A DNA stretch of 64,000 nucleotides, taken from NCBI RefSeq assembly GCF_009914755.1, contig NC_060927.1; one strand, 5' to 3'. How positions within the stretch are numbered: the first letter of the stretch is position 1; each line of letters begins with the position of its first letter. The stretch comes from the human T2T-CHM13v2.0 reference genome, Homo sapiens. Shown one piece after another: positions 13,767 through 26,189 of the stretch. Under the pieces are notes generated by a model. The model was not told where the DNA came from and ran no database searches. It worked only from the letters and a program-made list of their open reading frames with translations. Position numbers and translations under genes: made by a program.

Positions 13767-14340
13767 CATCTGTTGGGTCATATGGTCTTAATGGCAGGAC
13801 ACCTTTCACTGTACCTGGAACTGCTGTAGAATCTTCTCTTGCTTTGAGCACCACTGAAAACTGGCATCTTTCTGAATCACCTGATAAATGGCTCACAGCA
13901 ATATCCCCAAGTGTGGTAAATGCTTTACAATTCAAACAGGTCCACCAAATACTGTACATCATTTTCAGAGCTGTGGCATACAAGGTGCAACAGCTTATTC
14001 TTTACTTAGGAGAGGATATCCTTACATGCCGCAGACTAGTAGGCATCTATCCTGCTCCTAGTAATAGTATGGTCTGGTCACTGTAGTCACAGATCTTCAC
14101 AGGTCAAGACACCCAGGTTGCTACTTTGGCTTTGCTTTCTCTCACAATAATTTCATCCATCTTGCCTCTGTCTGTTAAGTAATGCCATATGACCTCTGTT
14201 ATTGTGGAACCCCATTGTCCTTATTGAAACTATAAATCCAAGATCTGTGTCAGCATCTCCAACTGTTAACTCTATCTTGCAAAGTATAACACTCAGGAGC
14301 TCTATATAGAAGCTGCTGTTCTCCTCAGTGGTGTAGCTTC
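13767..14340 (-). mobile_element. ERVL internal sequence: RT thumb/connection, plus gag C-terminal remnant at ~14150-14340
   Basis: Minus frames read VKNKLLHL..LGILL*AIYQVIQKDASFQW..QEKILQQ and VLPLRPYDPTD (HERV-L: VKDKLLHL..LGVLLRPIYRVTRKAASFEW..QEKALQQ, LPLGPYDPAD); ELTVGDADTDLG resembles ERVL gag. Confidence 0.78.
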
Positions 14341-14415
14341 TGAGCTACCAGCTGACCCTATCACCTGAGTTTATCTTTATGCCCATCTAGGGGTGGTAAG
14401 AGACACACATTAAGA

Positions 14416-14757
14416 TGCACATCCAGGCTGCTATAACAAAATGTCTTAGAATGAATATAAACAGATATTTATTTCACACAGTTCTGAAGGCAGGGAAGTG
14501 CAAGATCAAGGTGTCTGCAGATTCATTGTCTGATAAGGACTCTTTGCATCATAGATGGTGCCTCTAGCTGTGTCCTCACATGGCAGAAGGGAAAAACAAG
14601 CTCCCTCAAGCCTCTTATAATGTCATTAATCCCATTCATGAGGATAGAGCCCTCATCACCTAATCACTTCCAAAAGGCCCTCCTCTTAGTAGTATTGCAT
14701 TGGAGATTAGTTTTCAACATATGAATTTTGGGAGATATAAACATTTAGACCATAGCA
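14416..14757 (-). mobile_element. MLT1A0-type MaLR LTR
   Basis: caggctgctataacaaaat...aagatcaaggtgtctgcagattc...ttcaacatatgaattttgggag...agaccatagca. Confidence 0.85.
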
Positions 14758-15280
14758 GGTATCATAAGCTTTTTGAATCTTCTATTAGAATCTTTTACTG
14801 AAATGCCTGCAAGCCACTGGGAACCAGTTGGGGATGGTAGCAGCATCCCAATTCTCCAATATGCCATAGTATGGCTTCCCTGTGCTCTGAAAATGTACAG
14901 TACTTTGGGAAATCTCCTGCTGTCAGAAATCTCCACATTAGAAACAAGTCAAGCCATCTACTCTTCTTGTCTCTTGGGATTAAATCCAAGAGGAATGAAG
15001 GTGACACTAGCTATTTACTGGATCTCATTCTCTCTTATTTTTCTAAGATTTTCTCCCTCTTCTTACCCAGCTCAGAGCTTATTTAGCTCACATTTTGGGC
15101 ATATGAGTGGAGGTATGGTAGCCATTACTAGTGTTCACTAATACTTAGTTCTGTTCTCCTTCTGGACGTATGACAGATGGAACTTTCCAGTCTCTATGCA
15201 GTTAGGCAGAACAGTTTGACTAGTTCTGGCCCATGGCCTGTGGTCAGATATGATGCATGTCACATTTGAGCTAAACTAAT

Positions 15281-16170
15281 TGTATTAATCTGCTTGGGCT
15301 GCCATAACAAAATACCACAGACTGGGTGGCTTAAACAACAGACATTTTATTTTCTCATAGGTGTGGTGAAAAGTGCCAGCAAATTTAGTTTTTGGTAAAG
15401 ACTTTTTTTCTTGGCTAGTAAACAGCCACCTTCTTGCTGTGTCCTCACATGGCCTTTCCTCTGAGCACGTGGAAAGAGAACAAGAGATCTGATGTCTCTT
15501 TCCTTTCTTATAAGGGTACCATTCCTATAAGATTAGTATTGCATCCTTACGTTTTATTTAACTGTAATTGTCACTGGTAAACTGAGTTTTTTCCCCACTT
15601 TGTAGTGGTCAAAAAGAAAGACCATGCAATTAGAAAAAGCAATACCGTTTTATTCCCTGGCCAGATAATGGAGAAAGGGAGCACTCATTCTAGATGCACC
15701 TTCTCCCCAAACAACAGAAGGCATATGGGGTTTTTAAGGATAAGGCGTGGGGCAGGAGAAGAATGTTAGCTTGTGCAGGGTGGGACTCCAGATGCGTAAG
15801 CACGGTTCATAAACATGTCTTCATACATCACATGTACACAGAATGGAGGAGATTTTCTTTTAGGGAACAAAATTTTAGCATTATAATTGTATGTTAATGA
15901 TATGAAGAAAATCAGGGATTGTGGTTCCAGTTTGCATTAGTTTCTCAGCATCTTATCTTCCTCTGGCATCTGGTCAGGGCTCAAGAAGCTCTGGTGCCAT
16001 CCTGGGCCATGTGGTTTCTTTAAGCAGCTGTGCCTCTAGATAAAGGGACTAAAGAAAAACAGTAAGTAAAAGGAAATTTCCCGGTTATCTCAACAGGTCT
16101 TCCCTGCTAAAATAATTACCTCCCTGATAGTCGGTATCTCCAAATGTAGTTCATACAGGTCAATACTTGA
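15281..16170 (-). mobile_element. MLT1A/A1-type MaLR LTR, split by an ERV1 LTR
   Basis: tgtattaatctgcttgggctgccataacaaaataccacagactgggtggcttaaacaacaga; resumes taattacctccc...atctccaaat at 16113. Confidence 0.8.
15569..16112 (-). mobile_element. Solo LTR, probably ERV1 class (family not identified)
   Basis: Starts TGTC, cleanly interrupts MLT1A with 4-bp TSD taat (15565-15568 / 16113-16116); ttttatt near left end gives AATAAA on minus. Confidence 0.65.
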
Positions 16171-16634
16171 AAGGACCTTAAAGAGCCAATGGGACCACGG
16201 GGAACTTGGCTGAGTAAGAAACAACATATATTAAGTTGTGAAAATTTGGGGGTTATTAGTGTAGCACAGCCTATCCTATCCTGACTAATACGGGGGGGAA
16301 ATACCTGCTGGTATGTATTTGCTTCATAATTCTTTCTGTCTCATGATTATCAAAGGGTCCTTTAAATCTAGGAGATTTTACTTCCATCTTTCTGTATATG
16401 AGTGATCACAGGGAAACAAGACATACGTTTTGAAGTTTCAGTTAATCGTGTTGTCGTAAATTAATACTTCATATATCACCCTGAATTCCCATCTTTCCTT
16501 TTTCCTTGCAGGGGTTGGTTTAGTTTTCCAGTTATTTTAAAATAATTGGTAATATTTTGCATGTTCCTTCCCCCCCATCATCATATAGTTTTCATAAAGA
16601 TCATTTTATTGGCTCCACAAATATTTCAGTCTGA

Positions 16635-17302
16635 GAGATGAAAGTAAAATTTGCAGCCAACTGAAAGGACCATCTTTTGGCCAAGGGGACCCCAAAGTAA
16701 CCTTGAGTTCTCAGCCACAAGGACAGGTGGTCAGACATGCCTTGTTATACGCCCTCGCTGGCTAACCACCATTAGCCTTTCTTTCCTAAGAAAGAGGCCG
16801 CTTCAGGACTCCACACTGGCATAAACCAACCACCTGACACAGCCTCTCCTTTTTCATCTAATAATTGACCACAAACCACAGAGTTGTCCTGGCCAGTCTA
16901 TGGAGAATGCACAGTAAAAGTTTTCATGTCTTCTGCTTCGTGTTTTTATGTCAGAGCCTGAAAACTCCACTCCTTGGATCATGCTAATGCTGCCGTTTTT
17001 TGTACATAGGATACATAAAGGGACATGAAGCTCAACTGCTCATGTACCTATTTCTCCTTTCATAAATATTCATGACTCCTCCTATAGCTTATTAAATACA
17101 GCCATTTGCCACCCTTCTCAGCATAAATTCCTGTTCCCTTTGCCCCTCCGTTTGTCCCTACAGTGTCTGTTTCTGGCTTCTGGCCGAAGGCTATGCTTGT
17201 CAGAATGGTGTGTCAGAATGGCCACCCAGCAGGCTGCAACTTTTTATGAGAAATAAAGCTCTCCTTTCCAAATTTATGAACCTCATTCATCTTCAGTTGA
17301 TA
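16635..17302 (+). mobile_element. ERV1 (MER4-group) solo LTR, MER72-like
   Basis: ttggccaaggggaccccaaag...ggtcagacatgcc...cataaatattcatgactcctcctatagc...gaaataaagctctcctttccaaatttatgaacctc...cttcagttgata. Confidence 0.7.
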
Positions 17303-18189
17303 AGTTCAAAGGCTGAGATGCTCTAATTTTAGAGACATTCAAGTTGTTATTTTGTGTATAATTTTGTTTGCTAATCAAAAGTCTTTATATCATTTATATC
17401 GAAAGCAATGCCTCTTCTGGGGTGAATTATCAGAGTTAAAAATATACTTTTTAAAAATAAATGTGAAATGATAATGTTATGTTCAGATTTATTAAGCAAT
17501 TATATCTTTAATATCTCAAATTACAGCATTTTGCACACTTTCTCTAGCATTGGCTCTAAGGTAGCTTTATTTGCTACTTTCATGTACACAGAACTTTCTC
17601 ATAGAATGACTTGTGTTGAACAAATAACTAAAAGTTCCTACCCTAAGGACCTGGAGTCTGCAGGCAAGTCACCTAATACAAGAGAAAGAATAAAAGAGCA
17701 AGCATTGTATGTGGGTTGGGGTTATGATATCTGGAATGATCAGCAGGAGCAAAGCTATGCTTTCGTCCCAGTGACACACAATTGATGCAATGGTACAATG
17801 ATTTACCATGTAAAATGAGACATTTAGCAACAAAACAGGCCACTAAGAAGCCACCTGTGAGTCATTACAGTAGGCATTTCCCTCTTAAAGATGGCCTTAA
17901 CCTTGTAGCAAGGAGTGACAAAGAAATGGTTTACCCTTCAGGAGATCTTAGGCATTCAGGCATGACTTAGGCTAAGCTATTATTTAATGCTTTTATGTGG
18001 TACCTGAAGGGAACACAGGAGGACAGAGAAACAAATACAGTCAGCTTTCCGTCGCCACTGATGACAATACCATCTCCAGTTATTGCCCTCCAAGAGATCT
18101 CCAAAATTGTATTTCTGAAATGGTCATTTATTAAAAGCTTAAGTCTCTTCTGATAAATAAACTGGCATGTTCTGTCATACTCCTTACAG

Positions 18190-18288
18190 GGCCAAAGGAG
18201 GCTGTGTTTGTGCTCAATGTAAGAGCAAGGAAGGTGCGGGAAGATGAGGGGGATGAGGCGCAGGAGTACAGGGCTGTTATTCAGCTCG
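18190..18288 (+). other. Candidate 99-nt exon in unique sequence (unverified)
   Basis: Acceptor tgttctgtcatactccttacAG|G, donor TCG|GTGAGT, purine-rich body, local CpG retention. Confidence 0.35.
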
Positions 18289-18449
18289 GTGAGTAATGAA
18301 ATGGTAGGCTGGACGGCAACTTCATTATCTGTGGCGCTGTGGATCCATCCATCTGCAGGAAGTGAAAGCTCAGAGAGATAGCAGGAGGCATGTAGTGGGA
18401 AAGGGAGTGACATGGGATGGTTGAGTGGAAGGTCTTGGGAGGCAGAAAA

Positions 18450-18630
18450 ATTTAAGTTCAAATTCTGGACTTAGCCATTGCTGAGAGTTTGGGGCAGTTT
18501 ACTTAATTTCTCTAAATCTCATTTTTCTTATCAGTAAATTGGGAATAAGAATAATGTTCTACATAAGTTTTTTTTTATATATTCTATGAAATAATTCGGA
18601 TGAAGTACTCAGCATAATGCCTGAAAATAA
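18450..18630 (+). mobile_element. MIR
   Basis: aagttcaaattctggacttagcca...gggcagtttacttaatttctctaaatctcatttttcttatcagtaaattgggaataa. Confidence 0.7.
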
Positions 18631-18636
18631 TTACAG

Positions 18637-19267
18637 TAATAATAACAGCCATTCACTTCTGGGACCATCTGCTAAGTGCTTTATATATTATCATATAAAA
18701 TCTTCCATTTCCAGTTGATATGGTTTGGCTCTGTGTACCCATCCAAATCTCATGTCGAATTGTAATCCCCATTTGCTGAAGGAGGGTCCTGGTGGGAGGT
18801 GATTGAATCATGGGGGTGGACATCCCCCTTGCTGTCCTCGTGATAGAGTTCTCACGAGATCTCGTTGTTTAAAAGTGTGAAGCGCTTCCCCCTTCACTTT
18901 CTCTCTCCTGCTCCGCCATGTGAAGATTGTTCTTGCTTCCCTTTTGCCTTCTGCCATGATCGTAAGTTTTCTGAGGCCTTCCCAGACATGCCTTCTGTAT
19001 AGCCTGTGGGACTGTGAGTCGCTTAAACCTCTTTCATTCATAAATTACCCAGTCTTAGGTAGTTCTTTATAGCAGTGTGAGAACAGACTAATACACCAGC
19101 CTAGGAAATCTTTGCAAGATAGCACACCCTTTGTAGGGGAGAAAACCGAAGCAATATGAAGTTTGGTAACTTGTTCAGGGACACACAGGTAGTAAGTGGG
19201 GTACGCTAGATTCAAACCCAGTATAGTTAGTTACAAAACTAGCCTTTCTTATACTGTACCACACTGC
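18637..19267 (-). mobile_element. MIR split by THE1
   Basis: tgctaagtgctttatatattatc before and gtaacttgttcagggacacacaggtagtaagtgg...gattcaaacccag after the THE1 LTR. Confidence 0.65.
18716..19095 (+). mobile_element. THE1D-like MaLR solo LTR
   Basis: tgatatggtttggctctgtgt...ataaattacccagtcttaggtagttctttatagcagtgtgagaacagactaataca; TSD ccagt/ccagc. Confidence 0.92.
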
Positions 19268-19629
19268 AAATAGGCTGAATAAATATTCGATACAGTCAGG
19301 CAAGAAAGGCATTAGTTCAAGTGAGATATTGATAAAAATATCTTGCCTACAACCCCTGTGGTTGGAGGAGTGCAGAAAGATGCTTATTTTGTGTGTTGGC
19401 TACTTGAATGGATTACAGTCTGGCAGATGATTTGAGGAAGTATTAACTAATTAATAGTGGGTGTTTCAATGTATAAAGTCAGATGACAAAAATATTTACC
19501 CTCCTTCTCAAGTATGCCAAGATTAGTTGAGACAATACATACATGAATGACAAAATGCCAGATATCATGATATGGCTAATGATAACTATTGTGATAGATA
19601 GAGATTCTATCATTTCAACCAGTTTTTCT

Positions 19630-19945
19630 TTCTTTCTTTTTTTTTTTTTTTTTTGAGATGGAGTCTCGCTCTGTCGCCCAGGCTGGAGTGCAGTGGCGCA
19701 ATCTAGGCTCACTGCAAGCTCCGCCTCCCGGGTTCGCGCCACTCTCCTTCCTTCTCCTGCCTCAGCCTCCCGAGTAGCTGGGACTACAGGTGCCCTCCAC
19801 AACGCCCGGCTAATTTTTTGTATTTTTAGTAGAGACAGGGTTTCACCATGTTAGCCAGGATGGTCTTGATCTCCTGACCTTGTAATCTGCCCGCCTCAGC
19901 CTCCCAAAGTGCTGGGATTACAGACATGAGCCACCAGGCCCGGCC
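19630..19945 (-). mobile_element. AluY
   Basis: ctgcaagctccgcctcccgggttc, atgttagccaggatggtc; 18-bp TSD atttcaaccagtttttct (19612-19629 / 19947-19964). Confidence 0.95.
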
Positions 19946-20446
19946 AATTTCAACCAGTTTTTCTAAAATCAGATGTACTGAGCCACTTTAGTCCTTTAGG
20001 GCCTATGTGGTAACATCAGACAACTGGATAAAATATTTTATATGAGGGTTATTTGCCTCTAAATGCCAACCGTCTAAGGTGGTGGTATAATCATTACTTA
20101 GAAACTAAGGGATTGTCATGCTAGTTATGATGCTGCTCAGAGGCTGAGGGGCATACAGGCAAGAGTTAGTTAACATGATTTCTAGGCATGGCTCTGCTAT
20201 TCATTAGTTGTGTTCACAGTCATCAATAAGTTATTTATTGGATACAGGATCTAAACTTAACAAAACCCAGTCCTTGCACCAAAGCTAATAGAAAAAGAAG
20301 AAAAATTCATAAGCAAATAACAAAAGCTCTAGCTATGAAAGAGTGTGGTCTATTTCGATTTACAAGGATAAGGTGAATTACGTATCTGGGAAACAATAAA
20401 AAGATTTTAATGGCACCATTCACTTTCACACACATTTTGAAGTGTC

Positions 20447-20470
20447 TGTGTGTGTGTGTGTGTGTGTGTG
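20447..20470. repeat. (TG)12 microsatellite
   Basis: Direct reading. Confidence 0.95.
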
Positions 20471-20640
20471 CATTATATTCTTAGGTAATGGGTAGGAAAA
20501 AAAGGAGAGCTATGCCTGCCCTCAAAGACTTCATAGAGGAGAATCATGTATTTAAAAAGATAAATTGCCATAGAGTGGTTTGGATGAAATAATAGAACCT
20601 TAGAGATTAGATTGAGAAGGAGACTTATTGGTCAGAATAT

Positions 20641-21240
<600 letters not shown>

Positions 21241-22534
21241 AACAGGTACATCTTTTTCATAAAAGGTAGGTCCATGTTTTCTCCATCGTTACGAAGTAGG
21301 CTGGGAAAGTATGTCTTTGTCAGTTTCTATAAATGGAGCAGGTTCTATTTCCTACTAATATTTATTGTCAATCAATTCTACAAAGGTAGAAAGGATCTTC
21401 TGAAATTGGCCAGCCAAAAATACATGTTGCATATAATAAAAGGTCATATGTTCATCTTTGCTGGTTTTCCTGCAACTATTAGTAAATAGATGTTTTATTA
21501 TTCCATGTTTATGGAAAAATATATGTAAAGCTGCCATTACATTCTATACTAATTGATCAAAAGGAAATCCTCTGTGTTTGTGCTTCCATAGATGTGCATT
21601 TGTTCCCTATTTCTTCCTAAGCCAAGGATAAGACACTCACACAAGCTCCTGACTCAAAACATGGCTCTGTACCAAAGAACTAATAAGCACAGGCAGGGTC
21701 CTTTTGTTTGTTTTCTTTTTTTCTTCTTCTTCATTTTTTTTTTTGAATAATTGCTTTCCCTATTTCTTTCTTACCAATTCAGCCAACACACTTTATCTCA
21801 AGGAAATTACATTTGCTCACATAGGTGTGTGAATAAGCAGAATGACAGGAGTTTGTTTCAGCCGGAATTAGATGGATATTGCAATTACTTGGGGAGAGAA
21901 CGTTTCCCTAAATTCAGCGACGAATCCTTCTCAGATCAAAACAAGGATTACTTGAAAGATGGCTTTTGTGCCTTAATACATATTGTGTTTTGGGAGCATA
22001 TAACTACTTCTTACTCTGTGGTAAAATATTTTTTTGGTTTTGGGAAAAACAAATACATCTTCACAATGATAGTGAGAACAGAAAGGCTGAGTTTTCTGGT
22101 CAAAGAAAGGGGATTAGAAGCTTTTCTAGTGATGTGATCCAGACTGAAAAGGGAATGTTGTGGATGTTTTTGTGGCTTGAAAGAATATTCAACCAAGAGC
22201 CTTCATTTAGGATTATAACTAGAGCCTCCTTTCCTGACCATGTTCTGCCAGGCTCTCAGGTACTGTTTCTTTGGACTTCTCTTGACATCCCATACTTCAC
22301 TTTGCTCTACAAGCTATCTCAGTTTTTAGTTTGTTTATCTAATGGTTAATAAACTTCTTGAGGCCAAAGAATGTGTACTTTCTGTCTAGAACTCTTAGTT
22401 CTTATTGTAGCTCTAGCATCTAGTTAAGTCAGAAGCCAGAACATTGAAGGGATGAATGACTTGAACACCGAGAGCTCAATGATATCATGGAATTAAAGTC
22501 AATATTTCTTTTTTATTTATATTTTAGAATCTAT

Positions 22535-23073
22535 ACAGCAGTCCTCCCTTATCTGTGGTTTCGCTTTCTGAAGTTTCAGTTTCCCGTAGTCAATCGAAGT
22601 CCAAAAAATGTTAAATGGGAAATTCCAGAAATAAACAATTCATAAGTTTTAAATGGCTCACTATTCTGAATAATGCATTGAAATCTTGTGCTGTCACACT
22701 CCATCCTGCCTGGGCGTAACTCATCCCTTTGGCCAACATATCTATGCTCTTGTATATGTTACCTCCCTGCTAGTCACTCAGTAACCATCTCTTATCTGAT
22801 CGACTGTCTCAGTATTGTAGTGCTTGTGGTCAAGTAATTCTTATTTTACTTAATAATGGTCCCAAAGTTCAAGAGTAGAAATTCTGGCATATTGTTATAA
22901 AGTACTATTTTATTATTATTGTTAATCTCTTACTGTGGCTAATTTATAAATTATACCTTATCATAGGTTACATATAGGACAAAACATAGTATATACAGGG
23001 TTCAATAGCATCTGAGGTTTCAAGAATCCACTGGAAGTCTTGGAAGGTATCTTCCTCAGATAAGTGGGGACTA
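22535..23073. mobile_element. MER44B (Tigger7-derived)
   Basis: cagcagtcctcccttatctgtggtttcgctttc...aattccagaaataaacaattcataagttttaaat...gataagtggggactatg; TIRs at both ends; opposite orientation to the 9887 copy. Confidence 0.85.
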
Positions 23074-23329
23074 TGGGATGGATGTTGAAAAATGGATTTT
23101 GAGGTTTTTTTTCATTACTTGCTTGCTTATATAATTTTTTTCAAGAATTTCTACAGAGTGTATATATATATAATTTTAATAATTAGAAATAAATGCAAAA
23201 ATAAAAAATGTACTTTTTAAAAATGTAAACAATACCTTTTAAAAAAGAAACATTGAGATTTTTAAAAGCAAAAATTTAAAATTCCTTAAGGATTTCAGTT
23301 TTGGAATAAGATTCTCCCCCAACCTCCTC

Positions 23330-24870
23330 CACCGTCAAATCGTAACATAGTTGTATTCACATGAAAGGAAGGCAGAATGAGCATGCTGGAAATATGGTGT
23401 AATACTAACAAACGACATGAGAAAGAGAGAAATCTTTATTTTTATTTTTTGTTTGACATTTTTTTCCCAACTGGAAAGTAGAATAAAGGTTAATAAGAAT
23501 ATATGGAAGGCCAGGAAAGGAAAGGCCACGTTAAGAAGATACCTACGTATGTCAAATGATTTCTAATATCAAGCCCAGATAAATTGCACTCTGGAGAGGA
23601 GACAAACTTCAAGAGCAGAGATGACAAAGTAAGCATAAGCTTCTAGAAAAGCTTATACTAGGCCATTTACAAAAAGAGAGGGAGAGAGAAATGGATTACG
23701 AATGTGACAGATTTGTAAATTTGACAACAATTTCTGGGCAAAATAAGTCAGGAAACACATGGTTTTGAGTTCACAGAAAAAGGGCAACCACTAAATTTCA
23801 GAATGTATTTTAAAAGGATGGGAATGAAAGTTACTCTTGATTCCTTTTTTGGGGTAGGATTCTAGACTTCTGGATTAGGTGATTTAAAAAGCAAAAGCAA
23901 AGTCTTTTCAAATTTGAGCAAGTCATGGAACAGTTTTTACTGATTTGTTGCTGACAAATTGGAGAGCTGTGAATAAAGAATGTAGGTCATGAGATTTTAC
24001 CCAGAAAGTGGCATATGAATGCCCAGCCTCACAGTCCTGTATTTGTCCCTGTCCCTTTTAAAATGCTGCACAACAACTTGGATGTGGGCTGAAAAGTTAC
24101 ACAAATGCTTTGAAATGGAGGATCACATAATAAATATGGAATTCAAGACAAATTTAAACTGGTTGGAACAAACAGCTAAAACCAAGACGACTTTAACATA
24201 GACAAATTCAAATTCAATTGTTTAGGTTAAAAAAAACAACAGAAATAGGAAGACTACTCTGAACCCATCTTAATATAAATATGAGCAAATTTTTATACAA
24301 AGCAAATCTCTTTACAAGCCAACAGAGTGATGTAGCGATTAAAACATTCTGATATCCTTTTGGATTGCATTAATAGTGTGTTAATGTCAGGTCCACAGGA
24401 GCCGATGTTCCTACCCTATATTGTTTTTCTCAGTTCACACCAGAGTGTGGTATTGAGCAGATGTTCACTGATTCAAGAAAAGGGTGACTGGAGAATTTAC
24501 ATACAACTAACAGAAATCTCTGATGGTACTGGGCATATTTGTCTTAAGGGAGAAAGATTTTAGGGACACCCTGATAATAATCTTTCTATATTTAAAAGGC
24601 TTTTATGTAGAAAAGAGAATAATTTTGTATTGTTCCAACAGGTAATAGAAATTGTTACAAGAATGGGGAATTCAATTCAGCATGAAGAACTTTTTAACTA
24701 TTAGAACTGTGTGAAATTAGAGTAGAAAGCCTTAGGAGGCAATGAACACCTGTGATTTTGAATATTCAGGTGTGTAACTGACAATGCTCTAGGTAGGTAT
24801 TTTTACATGGTGGTAATATTGAGTTGAATTAGGCAATCTAATGACTTCTAAGCCTAAGGTGTTATGAGCT
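23330..24870 (+). mobile_element. L3/CR1 LINE, ~1.5 kb 3' fragment
   Basis: agccaacagagtgatgtagc...ggattgcattaatagtgtgt...atctttctatatttaaaaggcttttatgtagaaaagaga...gaagaactttttaactattagaactgt follows L3 ORF2 and 3' end; 5' boundary uncertain. Confidence 0.65.
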
Positions 24871-25314
24871 TATAGGTTCTGTTTGTCTTTACTTTTTAAC
24901 TCCAAAGGCAAACTTTTAATATCTTAAAATCACCCTTCTTACATTATAAGATGTCTGGGTGAAGATAGTAAACAAAACTATTTAGGGAAGTCTAAATGTA
25001 TTTGGCTTGCTATTCTTTGACAAATCTTAGCTGAAATTGACATTAACCATGACATATATATGTTATCATGCTCTATCTCTATTTATGATTGTTGCTTTGC
25101 ACTGCTGTCATTCTTCAGAAGTTTCTTTCTTTTGACTTTCCTTAGAATTAGCTTTAGCGATGAATGAAACTTCAAATTTGTACAGTTTAATATGCTTTTA
25201 AATAACTAGAGTAAGACTTTTATATTCTCATTTTAGGTATTATGCAGACTGTAAATGCAAATTTTTACAGCCTAGGTGTGTAGGCAATGGGCAAGTTTAC
25301 AATCTGCATTAATA

Positions 25315-25490
25315 CTATAATTTCAGCTACATTTATTAACACCTACCCTTTGTGGGACAGACTTATGATCACTTCATGTGCTTTATCTCATTTAATCTTT
25401 ACAAAAATCCTCTCATATAGATAACACTCTCATGTTATCAAAGCTTTAGAGAATTTAAGTTATTTATCCATAGTGATTCAGAGCAAAAGC
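25315..25490 (-). mobile_element. MIR
   Basis: agctacatttattaacacctac...ttatctcatttaatctttacaaaaatcct. Confidence 0.6.
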
Positions 25491-26189
25491 TTTATAGCAC
25501 TGTACCTCATATTACTAGAGAGTAGAAAGATTTATTTTGAATATACAAGAATCTGCCATTCCATTCCACTTTTTCCCTTTTCCAACCCAGAATCAGATAC
25601 CTTGAAAATTCCCTTTTATACTTTTCTTTTTTCCCCTACCAGCTACACATAAAAAACAAAACAAAACAAAAAAGGAAAACAAAAAATAAATTTCTGTAAT
25701 CATTTCTTCTACCCATCCTATTAACAAGTTTTAGTCCTAAACATTTAGGACTGCTTCCAAAAGTTAAGTGGTTTTTTTTTTTTTAATGTTCTACTTAGTT
25801 GAGGCTAAACTGTGCCATGTCCCAAACCATCATCCTTACAGTGTTCTTAAAATGTCTCCAAGTCTCACTTAAAACAATCAATCAACTGGGACCATTCATT
25901 GGAGTCCACAGTGGGTAGATCCCTGACCTAGTTCCCATGGAGAGTAACCAAAGAAAAGGAAGACTGCCAGCTCACTGAAACACAAAGAGACATAAGAACA
26001 CATTCAGAGGGATACATGGAGCAGGGATGAATTAATCGAACGTTAGGGGGTCAACCAGCTTATCTGTTGTATTTCTATAGGACATTGACTACCATAGCTG
26101 AGTGTATTATTAAAACTTTTTCAATGCAAATATTATAAAAGGCATTCTGCAGTGAGAGCAGATTCCCTGACTTTGTATTCATCCTGTCC

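Larger units (their letters stand above)
15112..16291 (+). mobile_element. Old MaLR LTR (MLT1I/J-like), split by nested LTRs
   Basis: 5' part tggtagccattactagtgttcac...gcagttaggc...gttctggcccatgg (15112-15280); 3' end gtgtagcacagcctatcctatcctgactaatac (~16291). Confidence 0.55.

Noticed and set aside
13150-13829. Cluster of overlapping Pro/Ala/Gly-rich ORFs and CpG-island-like composition
   Set aside because: Entirely the GC-rich U3 of LTR12; stop codons are rare by composition.
17967-18461. Longest ORF in the track (164 aa, minus)
   Set aside because: Non-ATG start at a MIR edge, no recognisable domain; compatible with chance.
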